A stretch of 64,000 nucleotides of DNA from Malacoraja senta (Eukaryota): positions 7,814,001 through 7,878,000 of the forward strand of contig CM075992.1 in assembly GCA_038087875.1 (NCBI GenBank), read 5' to 3'. A program made the position numbers and the translations under genes. Each line of letters starts with the position of its first letter. The stretch's first letter is position 1. Shown piece after piece: positions 46,604-59,750 of this stretch. Under the pieces are notes generated by a model, which saw only the letters and a list, made by a program, of their open reading frames with translations, ran no database searches and was not told the DNA's origin.

Positions 46604-49379
46604 TTGCTAAACTTTGACAAACTAAGAACTTTGCTAAATTGTTCTCTCAATACCTACAAATAATTATAGCTAAATGGAAGTCTCATTTAAAAAAAATTGT
46701 GTGGGAAGAAATTCTAGAAATTAAATCAAACCTGATATCATTTTTTAAAAAGCATGACAAAAAGAGCTCTGAGACAATAAAAATGGGTCCTTGGGCTTCA
46801 TCGGAAATTTGAAGCAAGCTTATTATAAATTCATTGTGCATGATGGACACGGGTGAGGTGTTGGTGAAGACAGGTATTTTTGCAACAAAAAAAAACTTTG
46901 GTGGATAGCGAAGCAAAAATTTCCAAAAGGGATCCTTAACATAAATTAAATTCCTAATTTGCATTCAAGTGCTTCGGGCATGTCTTAAGCATCCAATGGC
47001 AATGCCCAAAAAAAGAGACCCACAACTGAGCTGGATGCAGGCCACAATTACATTTATTTAGACTAATTTAAGATTGAAAAGACGGCACAATGCTTAATAT
47101 TTATTTTTAAAACACTTGCAATTATGAGAACTATTGAAAAATTACAATTGCAAACACATTGGATAAAGAAAGTGAGCTGCTGTAAACTTTAAAAATGTTT
47201 GCACTCAGATTTGGGGAGACATCAGCCAAATAATGTACTACCAATCTTTTGTAAATTATTGATTATTTTAGACAGTAATATGACAAATATCTTTGTAATG
47301 AGATAAGAAGCCAAATCTGACTGTTTGTAGTATATGAAAAACTGATAGACTTTAGTAGTCCCAGACTAGCAGATTTGTCAAAATATTGGGATGTTATAAC
47401 TATTAATATCTGAACACACTTTTATTTCACTTTTCTTTCACGTGTTACATGGTAGTATAATGAACTCTCCAGTGAACTCAGCAAGTTTAAAGAGACAAGG
47501 AAGCCTACAAGCTCTTAGGAGCCTGGCTCCCACCGCAAACCTACTAATTTTCCGAATGTCCAGTGTTCCAGATCCTAACCTCAGCTCTGCCTGCAATCTG
47601 GACCCCTGCTCATCTTCCAGAACAAGGAATGAGCCAGATGCCTAACCATAAGGGCTTCTGAAAAATCCAATGCCAAGTTATCAGAGTTTATAGTCCCTTG
47701 TTAACTTGCTCTGCAATAAACCACAGTTTTTAATGCAGTACCTATTATGAAGAATCATTTTGTATCACAACATAAATAATTACAGCAGAGTAGTTTCATC
47801 TATAAAGAGGGCACAGCAATCAAATGATGTGCATTTTCTTTCCCATGCTCCTGGTGGAGTTTCCAGATAAATCCAGCCTTCATCAACGAGGCTAGGATCC
47901 ATTGTCATTTAGTCATGAATATTTTGTGTTCTTCAGTAACATCACGCAGTTTCACCTCCACCATGATGCTTGTACTTATTGGCCGTCTTTAATATAGGAT
48001 GTTTGAGAAAATGCCATTTCACTCAGTGCCTTATGTTGCAATAGTAAGGTGGCGCAGATGGGAGTTGATGGTTACGTGCAAGAAAATAAATTGCATGGCT
48101 ACAGGCTTTTCTATATTGGAATAAGTTAGAAACAAAATGCATGAGGTTTTTCTGAAGCCAATATTCTCTAATTTAAAAGGGGTCATTGTAAAGGCTCACG
48201 CAGAGTGGCACAGCAAATCACACAGGACTCCATTCTATACATGAGTGGGGAGGCACAACATGGTAACTGTGCTCATCAATAACCATGAGTTCTGCTGCAT
48301 TATTCACGCTTTAAATCCTGCACTCAAATTAAAAGGAAAAAAGCAGAGCATTAAGGATCCCACACAATCCGACAAATAAAAATAAATAAGCATTTTGTTA
48401 CATGAGAACAGGAAAGTCCTTTTTTCTACAATACAGGGAAAGTGTGTCCCATTAATGGTTACACTTGGTGTTCCAGCTGTGTCAACTCCTTGTTTAAACT
48501 CGCAGAGTGCAGAATACATTAATGTTCTGTATGATACCAATCAGTCCTGTAGTTTTGTCACTTACAGATTTCAAACAAATCCCCTTGGATTTTTCTGACA
48601 CCAGCTGCAAGTTTATTGATGATAATATGGAAAAGTATCTGATCTGAGAATCAACGGCTGTGATAAATCTGTCATTTGAATTGGAAACAATTCCATTATC
48701 ATCACAAAATGAACACTAGTACAGTACTTCAGGATGCATATTAAAATCACAATCATCACCAATTTTTAAACTCAATTGTATTTAGGTCCAATTAATTTTT
48801 CGACAACTGATTAAATCTTGCAATAAACTGTTCAACTAAAATATCCATCTTTTCAGTTATGTTTATCATTTCAGAATTGTGCATTGAGCAGAAAGAACAT
48901 TCTGAAACACATAACTTAAGGATGTGCTCATTTTTGACAAACACGACTGAAATAAATTTCAACTCCAATGTCAAAAGCCTGATAGGATGTTCTTTTTATA
49001 AAAATGAACTTAGTAACGAATTTTAAGACAACAGAAGAAAATGCTGGAAATAACAGGTCAGGCCACAGCTGTGGGAGGAGAAACAGAATCAACATTTCAG
49101 TCAGTGATCCTTTGTCAGTCAAAAGACAAGAGTCATGACTATTTAATTGTCATATACTCTGGGAATGGAATAATGAAATTCTTACTTGCTGCAGTTTTAG
49201 AGGTCCATTAATGCAATAACACAATAAATAAATACACAATAATCAATAATACAATAAATTATCAATAATACTAGGTAACCAGACCATAATAGTGCAAACT
49301 GAAGCGCACAGTCCAAGCAAAACAAAGTCCACAGTAGATCTGCGACACAAAGAACTATATATGCTGTAATCTTCAGCAA

Positions 49380-49545
49380 AACAGAAAGTGATGGAGTAAC
49401 TCAGTGGATCTGGCAGCATCTGTGGAGGGAAGGGATGGGTGACTTTTCGTGTTAGGACCCTTTTTCAGACGGATTGTAGGATGGGGAGAAAGCTAGATAA
49501 AAAGAGGAGAGGGCAAGACAAAGCCTGGCAAGTGATAAGTGGCAA
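49380..49545 (-). mobile_element. Degenerate Penelope-like 3' region
   Basis: Similar to 25640-25815. Confidence 0.6.
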
Positions 49546-49689
49546 GTCTGGCTCAGAACATGGTTGAAGAGCAGGCTAGCAGCAGGAATCACAGAGGGGG
49601 AGCAGTGAGAGAGTGATAGGATCTATCCCAGGTAAATATGATAGATAGTGGTAGGGATGTTATTGGAGAGGATTCCCCAGGATATGATT

Positions 49690-51160
49690 TACTCGCATTA
49701 GAAGAGAATGGGCTAATTAGTGAGAGCTAGCATGGCTTTGTGCACAATGAAGAAGTCGGTCAAAGTATATAGCACGATATAGAAACATAGAAACATAGAA
49801 AATAGGTGCAGGAGTAGGCTATTCGGCCCTTCGAGCCTGCACCGCCATTCAATATGATCATGGCTGATCATCCAACTCAGTATCCTGTACCTGCCTTCTC
49901 TCCATACCCCCTGATCCCTTTAGCCACAAGGGCCACATCTAACTCCCTCTTAAATATAGCCAATGAACTGGCCTCAACTATCTTCTGTGGCAGAGAGTTC
50001 CAGAGACTCACCACTCTCTGTGTGACATTTTTTGTTCTCATCTCGGTCCTAAAGGATTTCCCCTTTATCCTTAGATCAGCTACAAAAATAGTGGAGAAAT
50101 GGCAGGTGGAGTTTATTCTGAGCAAGTGCGAGGTGGTGTAACTTGGGAGGTTGATCGTAAGAGAAAAATATACAGGCAATGGCAAGATGCTTAAATACAT
50201 TGTTTTAACAAAGGGATCTTGGGGCCAAGTTCATAGCTCTCTGAAAGTGGTAACACAAGCAGATAGAGTGTAAAGAAGGCAAACAGTATGCTACCTTTCA
50301 TCAGTCAGAGCATTGAGTAGTAGAGTCAAGGAATCATGTTGCAACTTTGTTAAAGGCTGCATTTGGTTCTGGTCACCCTATTATAGGAAGGATGTGGAGG
50401 TTTTGGAGAGGATGCTAACAAGATTTACCAGAACGCTGCCTGGATTAGCGATAACGCAAGGTTGGACAAATTTGATTTGTTTTCTCTGGAGCATCAGTGG
50501 TTGAGGAGAGACCAGGTGGAAGTATATAAAATTATGAGAGGCATAGATAGGATAGACAGTTGTAACCCATTTACCAGAATGAAAATGTCAGAGATGGCAC
50601 AGTTTTTAAGGTGAACAGGAAAAAGCTTAAAGGAGATGTGTGGGGCAAGTTTCTTTACACAGACAGTGGTGGATGCCTTAAGCGTACCAACAGGGATGGT
50701 GGTGGAGACAGATACGAAAGGGGCATTTAAGAGGCCATTAGATAGGAACGTGGAAATGCAGGGTATGTGCGTTATGGATCATGTGTAGGCAGATGTGATT
50801 AGTTTATCTTGGCATCGTGTTTGGCAGGAGCATCGTGGGCTGAAGAGCTTGTTCCTGTGCTGTACTATTCTATATTCTGACGGGCATAGGTTTACGGCAA
50901 GAGTGTAAATAATTAATGGCAACCCGAGGAGCAACTTTTCAACACAAAGGGTGGTGGATATATGGAACAAGCTGCCAGAGGAAGTAATTTAGGCAGGTAC
51001 AATAGCAACATTTAAAAGACATTTGGACAGGAGCATGTATAGGAAAGATTTGGAGGGATATGGGCCAAACAATGGGCAAATGGGACTTGCTTAGGTCGGC
51101 CATCTTGGTCAGCATAGACAAGGTGGGCCAAAAGACCAGTTTCTGGCTTGATGACTCCAT
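49690..51160 (+). mobile_element. Stack of CR1 fragments including a younger antisense CR1 end (about 49780-50074)
   Basis: KWQVEF..KCEV, FWSPYYRKDVEVLER motifs; (ATAGAAAC)n tail of the nested copy. Confidence 0.8.
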
Positions 51161-51600
51161 AAGTCTAAATAGCTTGCAGCCAACATTCAGAGAAACCCTG
51201 AGGTGGCATTACTCCAAGGTTGCAAGGACTGCTGAGATAATGCCTCCAGGGGAGTGGTAATACGTCTGGAAGCATGTACAAGCGGCGCTCACTCATTGAT
51301 ATCACAATGGCACAAATGGCATTCTGCCAAAAGCATTCCTTTAACCTATCAGCCAATTAGCTGAAACTGCTTCCACTGGCATGGTTTGAATTCGGAACCT
51401 GGGCTTTCTTTGCCCAAAGTTGCTTAAAGCTGTACTCCAATACAAGTCACTACCCAGCCAGTCATGCGACACAAACAGGAGCACTGTCTTTTATTAGTAA
51501 AAGTAGAGCAAGTGGATAGGTGCTAAAGAAATACACAAGCACGATTAGTTAACGTTTAAATGCTTTGCTGTTATTGATTGAATTGCTTTGCGATTGAACA

Positions 51601-51665
51601 GCCTATTTCCTTCGCTCCATAGATGCTGCTGCACCCGCTGAGTTTCTCCAGCATTTTTGTCTACC
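51601..51665 (+). mobile_element. Short Penelope-derived insert truncated 3' of the hammerhead
   Basis: 11-bp TSD ATTGATTGAAT at 51573-51583 and 51666-51676; ends TGTCTACC. Confidence 0.8.
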
Positions 51666-52080
51666 ATTGATTGAATAAATATGTTTGGAATGTTGAGGGA
51701 GCTGGCTTTTACTTTTATCATAGTGTCAAGCGTTCAATTGTCATATGTACTGAAACGGAACAATGAATTCTTACAAGCAAACATTGTGATGAACAGCAAC
51801 AGGAGGGAGACAATAACTGCAATGGCCAGTGTCACTGAAAGCCAGGTTCTATCATTGGCCTTTGACTGCTTGTACAGAAACAGCTCAAAATATTTTTTTT
51901 TTCCTTTCTTTCTCCTCTTCTTCCTATTTCGCAGCTGTTAGTTAAAGACCAATGCTGCATACTTGTCAGGGTGCACAGCATACAAAATCCCACACTAAAT
52001 TTGGAAGTTTGCTTTCTGTAAACTTACGTGTTGGTGCAGGGATTTCACGCAACAGATTGCAGCCCAACAATAGACCTTAC

Positions 52081-52112
52081 CGCTGAGTAGAAACATAGCG
52101 TGAACATTGTGA
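52081..52112 (-). other. Candidate micro-exon, coding status unknown
   Basis: Minus strand TTATTTCCTCCTTTCAG|32 nt|GTAAGG; alternative GTAAGT donor after 52028. Splice signals only. Confidence 0.25.
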
Positions 52113-52589
52113 CTGAAAGGAGGAAATAATAAACTGGTACAAAATAAAAAATATTGTGACTGCTATCAAGATACCAGGTAGTGACAATCAAGGTGTGTCG
52201 TGTGCAGTCACAGAAGAGCTGTATTTTTCAAGGAATTGCATTTTGGGGTTGCAAGATGCCTCAGTATTCAAATATACAATACAGGTCATCTCTGGATAAT
52301 CTCCATGTTCTTTCTGCCTACTGCTCACTGCCAAAGAGAATGAATTATGTTCTATGCTCTGGGAGTGTTGATATGACTTTCCTAATAGAATGTTAAGGTG
52401 CAAAATATAAATATGATTATGTCAGACCTTGAACTTGCTGCGGAAGTCCTGGCATTTCTAGCTGCAGTTATGGCTACTGCACAACTCGTATCCCAGATCT
52501 ACAGATCCTCCTTGATAAAACTGAGCATCCAAAGACATCACTCCTTGGTGTTAAATGACCCAATCCATCACACAGACCAGCTTTCCTAC

Positions 52590-52992
52590 CATCGACACTT
52601 CACGCCACCTTGGGAAATAAGGCAACATCAAGGACCTTTTTCGCCCAGTCTCTCTCATTGGGCACAAGTTTACAAAAGCTTAAACGCTGATACCACCAAA
52701 TTTATGAGCAGCTTCTAACCCGCTGTTATCAGCTACTGAACGATTCACCCATAAGCTTGGGTGTAGATCTGATCTTCCACCTCATTGCTGACTTTGGACA
52801 TTTTTTTCTGGAAATATACTGCTACAATGCTGTAACATTAAATTCTGCTCTCTGGTATTTTTCTCTTTGTATGAACTGTTGGTAAGCTTGATTAGACTCA
52901 TGATTTGATTTGATTTGATTGGACAGCACATACATAAGCTTTTCATTATATCTCGGTGCACGTGACAATAATAAATCAATTCCTATACCAAT
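52590..52992 (+). mobile_element. Degenerate Rex1/Babar-type 3' fragment
   Basis: 3' UTR ...CTCGGTGCACGTGACAATAATAAA. Confidence 0.65.
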
Positions 52993-55900
52993 AACTGAGA
53001 AGTGCTATGCTAGAAAGAGGATCTATTTTGGGGTTGCATCACCCTCATCTCTTTCTTCCTCTTCTGACTGGTTTCCCCTGCTCTGTCACTATCCCTTTTT
53101 TCTCCATACCACGCTATATTCTGTGAAAGTAACCTCAATGTATCCCACCTGGGAGCAAAAGCAATCTGATGAAGCTTGAAGTTAATGCACAGTATCATTT
53201 TTTTAGCAACAGCAGTCAATACAGACTACTAAAATTGACGTGAGATTTAGAAAAGGACAGAACTTAATTTCCCACCAAGCAGCGTCTCATAATTTAATCA
53301 ACAATACACCTCCAAGAAATTGTTAACCTGTTTAACTAATTCGTCTGGCAGTTTCTTCCTCCTGCCATGGAATAAGACGATGACTGATGTGATCTCTGGC
53401 CAACTCCATTTTCATGCTCGATCCCCATAGTCACTTAGCCTTCAATATATTTAATATCAGCATCCACATTTTCTGAGAGAGAATTCCTCTCTCGAATCAC
53501 AATCTTCATTAAAAAATCCGCATCAGTCTTAATTAGCAAACACCCTCAACCACCCATTCTATGGCTGCAAAACCTCACGCCCATTTTTTCTACATCAGCA
53601 TTAAATTACCAGCTCTTTTAAAAATATATAATTTTGAGCGATGTGGGCATTCCCAAATGCCATTTCCAGTGAACTCAGCCATGTCTTTATACCAGATGGG
53701 GTGAATTACAAAGGATAAAAATATTAAAAATAGGCTAAAGGCTTCATTTTGCCGATATTTTTGGTTATTATGCATCTCGGAGAAAGTGGGGAGTAGCCAG
53801 TGAATGAAACAAGAGAAAACCAACACTGGATCGCAGGGCAGCAGTTTTAGCTTCCCAGCACATGCTAATTCACATTCTTTAATATATGGCAATTTGTTTC
53901 TGCATTTGGAAGCAGCATTGGACAGCAATCTAGCTTCAATGTTCTTACTGCCTATGGGATGCCGATTCATAATATGCCGATTCATAAACAAGTGGAAAAC
54001 AAAGAATGCCCAATAAACCTACTTTCATTTTGTGTTTTAATGAAAAAAAAAACAATTACTCACTGCTATTTCCAAAATTGTATCTCAAATATACATTTCC
54101 CATCTGATAGTGTTCCCACTCACAAAGAGGCCTAGAATATCAGATTAGAATGATGCTCCATCTCCCAAGCAAATTTTACTGAAAAGAACATCAAGATGTG
54201 GAGATCTAGGAGTCAAAGTCACAAATATTAATTCTCTGATCTCAGCTGTTATCTGCCGAGCAGCTCAAGACAAAACCATAGGCTAATAGTATCCCATTAA
54301 TGTAATTGCTGCATGGCTATCATACATCGGCCAAAAACGATTACAAAATTTCAAGCATGACTAAGAAGACAACAGATAACCCAATCAACTTCTAATGCTG
54401 TGCTTCCTCCATTCTTCATTTTTAATTACACTTTTACAAATATTGCGCAAGGGCAGGCACATTGTAAAACCAGAGCTGCAGTAAAACAGAGGGTTATATG
54501 TTTGCACTACCTTCTTCACTTGATGTTCATCAAAATTTAAAATAATTCTGCAAGGCCAAATGAAATTCCCATCATTTTTAATTAAACCTTAATTAGAATA
54601 TATTACATCCTAAAGCGTTCAAATCTCTCTCGATATGCAAATCCAATCCATTTGAGGATATTTACATATCATTAATTAAAGATCTGCAGTCTTTTAATGA
54701 GCTGTGTGCGCCCAGTGATGCCAAAATGAGAATGATATGCAATTTGTTCAAACTCGTTTTCTCTCTAGTTTGTCCAGAACACATCAGATTTTTTGAAGAG
54801 ACATTCTGAAAGCTGGCAAGTAAACAAAGCAACAACACTGCACATGGAAACTATCTGTTCAAGAGCTAGACAGAATCTTAAAGCCTGTGTGGAATGCACT
54901 GGGCTGAAACTGAAGAAACAACCATCCTACACCATTCTCTACATACTTGCAACTCTGCTGCTCAATCTGCATTCATGTATTCTCAGTCAGGCAGTATATT
55001 AATTTATAGTACAAAATTAATACATCACACAGATTTCAGTGGCTAAAGAGAGACATTTATAGAACAATGCCGTTGGTATAAACAAGCGGCACTAATTTTG
55101 CAGGAACAATATTAAAACCCATATTCTATTAAAAAAAATCACCACAATCAGCACATAATTTAGGGTGGAAGTTTTATTTTATGTCAATAAAGTAAACAGA
55201 TAAAAGAAATCAATCTCAAGCTCAATGATTTTCTTTTAAATTGCTCTTATTTCGAAGTTTGAGGCTAGACATTTGCATGAAACTTAATTTTGATAGCTGT
55301 GCAAATTTATGACAACGCCTAGTACGTCTATAAAGAGCACATTATATCCTGGACATTCTAGTTAGTAGGATTAGAAACATAAACATTTTAAATAATAGAC
55401 TATTCATCTCCCACCTAATAATCTATAATCTTCTGAAGAACTACTTATAATTTTAAATTGGCAATAACTTTGTTATGAAAAATTGCATAATGGTTTCTAT
55501 ATTTCTGCTGATGTCACAATGGAATATTTTGACAGGATGAAGTAAATTAACTATTCTGTTGGTTATTGATTAGCCTGTGCATCAAATATCAGTAATCCAT
55601 ATGATTCCATGCGGCTATAATAACATTAAATAAATATATAGTGTAAAAATTCACTGCCTTAAGTGGAAAGCTCGTAGGCATCTTCTCCAACATATGTTCA
55701 GGCGCCAACTGAAAACTGGTACTACTTACTGGAGTTAAAGATACCTAATCCAGACACATTGAGAAAACATAATCCACTTCATATGCCATTCTTTAAATGC
55801 CTCCATGTGCCACTGTAAATACAAGCTTCATTCATGCATATTAGCATGACTACTGCAGCCAGGATTAGCCATGGTGTTCACTGGCTACACACCCCAACAA

Positions 55901-56043
55901 TAGGCACAAAATCATGAGTGACTAGTATCAGATTAATCAAGTCTGCACGATATAATCCCAATTTGTATTTACTTCTCTGAGGGGGAGTGCATTATGATCG
56001 TAGCAAGAGTGTGAACGGTTCTACAGCAGAAAGTGACATGCCC

Positions 56044-56143
56044 TCATCAGTCTGAAGAAGGGTCTCGACACAAAACATCACCCATTCCTTCGCTCCATAG
56101 ATGCTGCCTCACCCGCTGTGTTTCTCCAGCATTTTTGTCTACC
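56044..56143 (+). mobile_element. Short Penelope-derived insert, hammerhead core mutated
   Basis: CATCAGTCTGAAGAAGGGTCTCGACACAAAAC...TGTCTACC. Confidence 0.8.
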
Positions 56144-56816
56144 GGCAATTGAATGGTATTATGGAGACACAGGAGACTGCACATGTTGGATTCTTGAGTA
56201 AAATACAAAGTGCCAGATACGCCATTCCTATCTTTTTACCCCCCCCCCCTTAACACCCCTATCTCTCTTTGCCAACTTTCTCTCCACTATTCCATCAGTC
56301 TGAAAAATGATACTCTCCTAAAGCATCCTTTCTTCAAATCCTGCCTAATCCATTGAGTTCCTCCAGCACGTTGTTTTTTGATAATCAATGGTATTAAATG
56401 GACACAGTATGGACAGCTTTCATGCACAACACAGGACTCCATGATGATGGAAAGTTTGAAAGGTGTAAGTAGGAACAGAAGTCCTACCAGAGAACACTAT
56501 GTAGGTAGTGCAAAGACAGCTGAGGGAGTCAATGCTAGATATGCTGGAGGCAATGTGGCAAAAAGGTTCAATGACATCACATCTCTTCAACAGTAATGAT
56601 TTCATCTTCCCATCAACTGCGCCACTGGACTCAGCCACTGTTCAATGCACCACAAACCCATCTCATAATTAACAACAAGCTCAATCAATCAGAATTATGT
56701 CTAAAGTTCACATTTCATCACACCCACATTACCAAATACACTGTGACTATAACACACAGACAGCATTACACCAAGGGGATATTTCCAGCACTACCAGTAT
56801 GAGGGTAGTTCAGTAA

Positions 56817-57258
56817 AGGGCCTGTCCCACGAGCATGCGACTGCATGCGGCAAGTGTGACCTAACGTGGTCGCCTGAGCCGTACGGAGTTGTGCGGAGTT
56901 GGTCCCGACATCGCGCGGGGCTCCGAAAAACTGACACTGTTCAAATATTCCGCGCGGCAACGACCTGCCGGCCCGCAGCCGCATTGAGGCCGTACGCACC
57001 GCCTCAATGGGCATGCGCAGCGTCTCGACGCCGTACGCAGTGTCCTGACGCCGTACATCACGCGCAACTTCACGTCAACTCGTACGGGATCACTCGACCT
57101 CCGCGCGGCCCCCACTTCCGGTTTGGTCGCGCTCGCCGCATGCAGTCGCATGCTCGTGGGACAGGCCCTGTACGGGGATCACTCAACCTCCGCGTGACCC
57201 CCGCTTCCGGTTTGGTCGCGCTTGCCGCATGCAGTCGAATGCTCGTGGGACAGGCCCT
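56817..57258. mobile_element. PIF/Harbinger-like MITE with duplicated right end
   Basis: AGGGCCTGTCCCACGAGCAT TIR, TAA TSD; right TIR ends at both 57169 and 57258. Confidence 0.85.
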
Positions 57259-57764
57259 TAAGGCAAAAGCCAGAGAAGACAATGGCATCCTTATGCTTCA
57301 AATTTTCATCTCAAATTCAATCATCCAAAATCGTTTTTGTTTGCAAACTGCAGATTCTTCAAGCATCCACCTTATACTCTCCCTACACCTGCCATTGTAA
57401 TTCCCCTTTTCATATTTTCTTTTTCTTTCTGAGAGCCAAGAATTGTAATGTGGCTGGGCAGTGACAAAAAAGGTGCAAAGACAAATACCATTCATTTCTA
57501 CACCAGCTCTAAGAAGGTTAGACCAGAGGCAGGATATGTATATGGCGGTACACCAGGCATAAGTGGCCTACAGCGAAGACAGGACAACACAGGTACCAGC
57601 TCCATAAAGGGTACACAAACACATTCTGCTGCAGAGCTTTATAAATAGACTTTGATGACAACAGCCTACAAATGCAAATGATAACTGTTCGGTGAAATGC
57701 TTCCTGCATAACGACCATGGGATAATCCAGGACCAACTTTGCACATTGACTTTGCAAAATTGCG

Positions 57765-58550
57765 AAGTGGCGGCGCCTAACGGCAGTGGCTCGACTGCAA
57801 TCTGTCTTTTTTTAATTTTTGTCTCATTGTTTGTATGTTTTTGGTTCTATTTTTTATTATTTTTTAGCTGTGTATATGTGGGGGGGATGTGGGGGAAACC
57901 GTTTAATCTCTTCCCTGTACGGGGACCCGACTTTTTCCCTGTCGGGTCTCCGGTGTCCTTGGGCCTAACATCGTGGAGCCAGCGGCGGCCTCCAACCAAC
58001 CTGAGGGCTCCAGTCGCGGAGCCTGCGGACTCGCCATCGTGGAGCTGGCCGACCGGAGCGGGGAGAGCTGTGGTGGCGCGTGGCTGCAACCCGACTTCGG
58101 AGGCTCCGGCCACAGGCTCGGTGGACAGAAACATCGGGAGCTCGCAGGTCCCTGGTGGGAGACCGCTTTTCGGAGCTCCCGCAACGGCAACTTCTCCCGC
58201 CAGAATCGCGGGGTTTAATTGACTCGGAGCGGGGCCTGACATCGCCCGGCGCGGATTAAACGTCCGCGGGACCTACAACCGCCCGCCGGGGGCTTTATCA
58301 TCATGAGCCCCAGTCGCCTCGACGCTGCAGTTGGACTGCTGGACCGCGGGAGAAGAACAAAGGGAAGAGATAAGACTTTTGCCTTCCATCACAGGAGGTG
58401 TTGGAGATTCACTGTGATGGATGTTTGTGTAAATTGTGTTAAGTGTGTGTCTTGTTTTTTTTTGTAATGTCATGACTGTAGGAATGAAAGTTCGTTCAAA
58501 CCTTGTCTGTTTGAATGACAATAAAAGGCATTCTATTCTATTCTATTCTA
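57765..58550 (+). mobile_element. GC-rich non-autonomous retroposon, copy D, (ATTCT)n tail
   Basis: Same architecture and internal hairpin as copies A-C. Confidence 0.7.
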
Positions 58551-58845
58551 AAATCATCGGCTTCAGAAAGAAGAGTGAAGTGCACACCACTGTCTGCTTC
58601 GATGGTGCTGAAGTGGAGATAGGCCAGAGCTTCAAGTTCCATGGGGTAAATATCACCAAATCTGCCCTAGTCCAAGCACATTGACACTACAGCCAAAATA
58701 TCACACCAATAATCTCTGCATCCTCAGAATACTGAGGAAATTTGGCATGTCTCCAAATACTCTTACCAATTTCTACAGAAATATTCTGTCCGAATGCATG
58801 GCAACTTGGTTTGGCAACTGTTCTGCCCATGACCGCAAGGACGTG
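58551..58845 (+). mobile_element. Degenerate Rex1/Babar-type fragment
   Basis: FKFHGVNIT...LRKFGMSPNTLTNFYR...WFGNC. Confidence 0.75.
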
Positions 58846-59084
58846 CTGTCCAGTCCTTCACGTAAATCAGCTTCCTCATCATCTCCCACCACACCCTCCG
58901 CATTATTTTCATCGGCACCTCTGCATCTCTGGAGAGCCAACATAATCGTGAACCATCCCCAGACATTCCCCCTCCTCTTCTCTCAGAATTCAGTACTATA
59001 TTCAGAGTAGTACATGATTTACAGTGGTCAGCACAAATATTTCCTTCCCTTTTTTATATGGCCTCTATGTAGCTTCACTCACAC

Positions 59085-59750
59085 ATAGAACAGCATCGTA
59101 CAGGAAACATCCCTTTGGTCCACATTGTCTGGGCTGAACATGATGGCCTAAAAAGAAATTTTGTCTGCCTACACGCGATCCATATCTTTCCCTTCCCTTC
59201 GTTTGACGAGCATATCTAAAAAATGATTAAAAGCTTCCACCACCACCCAGACTTCCACCACCACCCAGGCACCCACTACTCTGTGTAATAAAAAACCTAT
59301 CCCGCGAATCTCCTTTAAGCTTTCCCTCTCTGACCTTAAAGCTATGCTCTCTAGTCTTTAACATTTCCACTGTGGGAGAAGGGTTCTAACTATCTACCCT
59401 ATCTATGCCTCTTATAACGTCATATATTTCTGTTAAATCTCCCCTCAAACGCCAATGCTCCAGAGAAAATAATCAAACTTTGCCCAACCTTTCCTTAGTG
59501 CTAATATTTTATAATACAGGCAGCATTCTGATGAAGCTCTTTCGCATCATCTGCATCTTCTCACACCCACCCAGGTGATATATGTTGCCATATATCACCT
59601 GTCAGCAGAATAATGAGAATAACTTGGATGTTTTTTCTCTAGAATGTTGGTTGAGGAGAGATCCAGTATGTTTATAAAATGATGAGAGGTGTAGATAGGG
59701 TAGACAGTCAGAATCTTTTTCCCAAGGTACAAATGTCAAAGACTAGTGGG
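59085..59750. mobile_element. Two degenerate CR1 fragments in opposite orientation
   Basis: Minus copy about 59085-59545, plus copy about 59610-59750. Confidence 0.65.

Noticed and set aside
53590..54016. 133-aa and 70-aa ORFs in unique sequence
   Set aside because: No splice context or recognisable motif; composition fits non-coding DNA.
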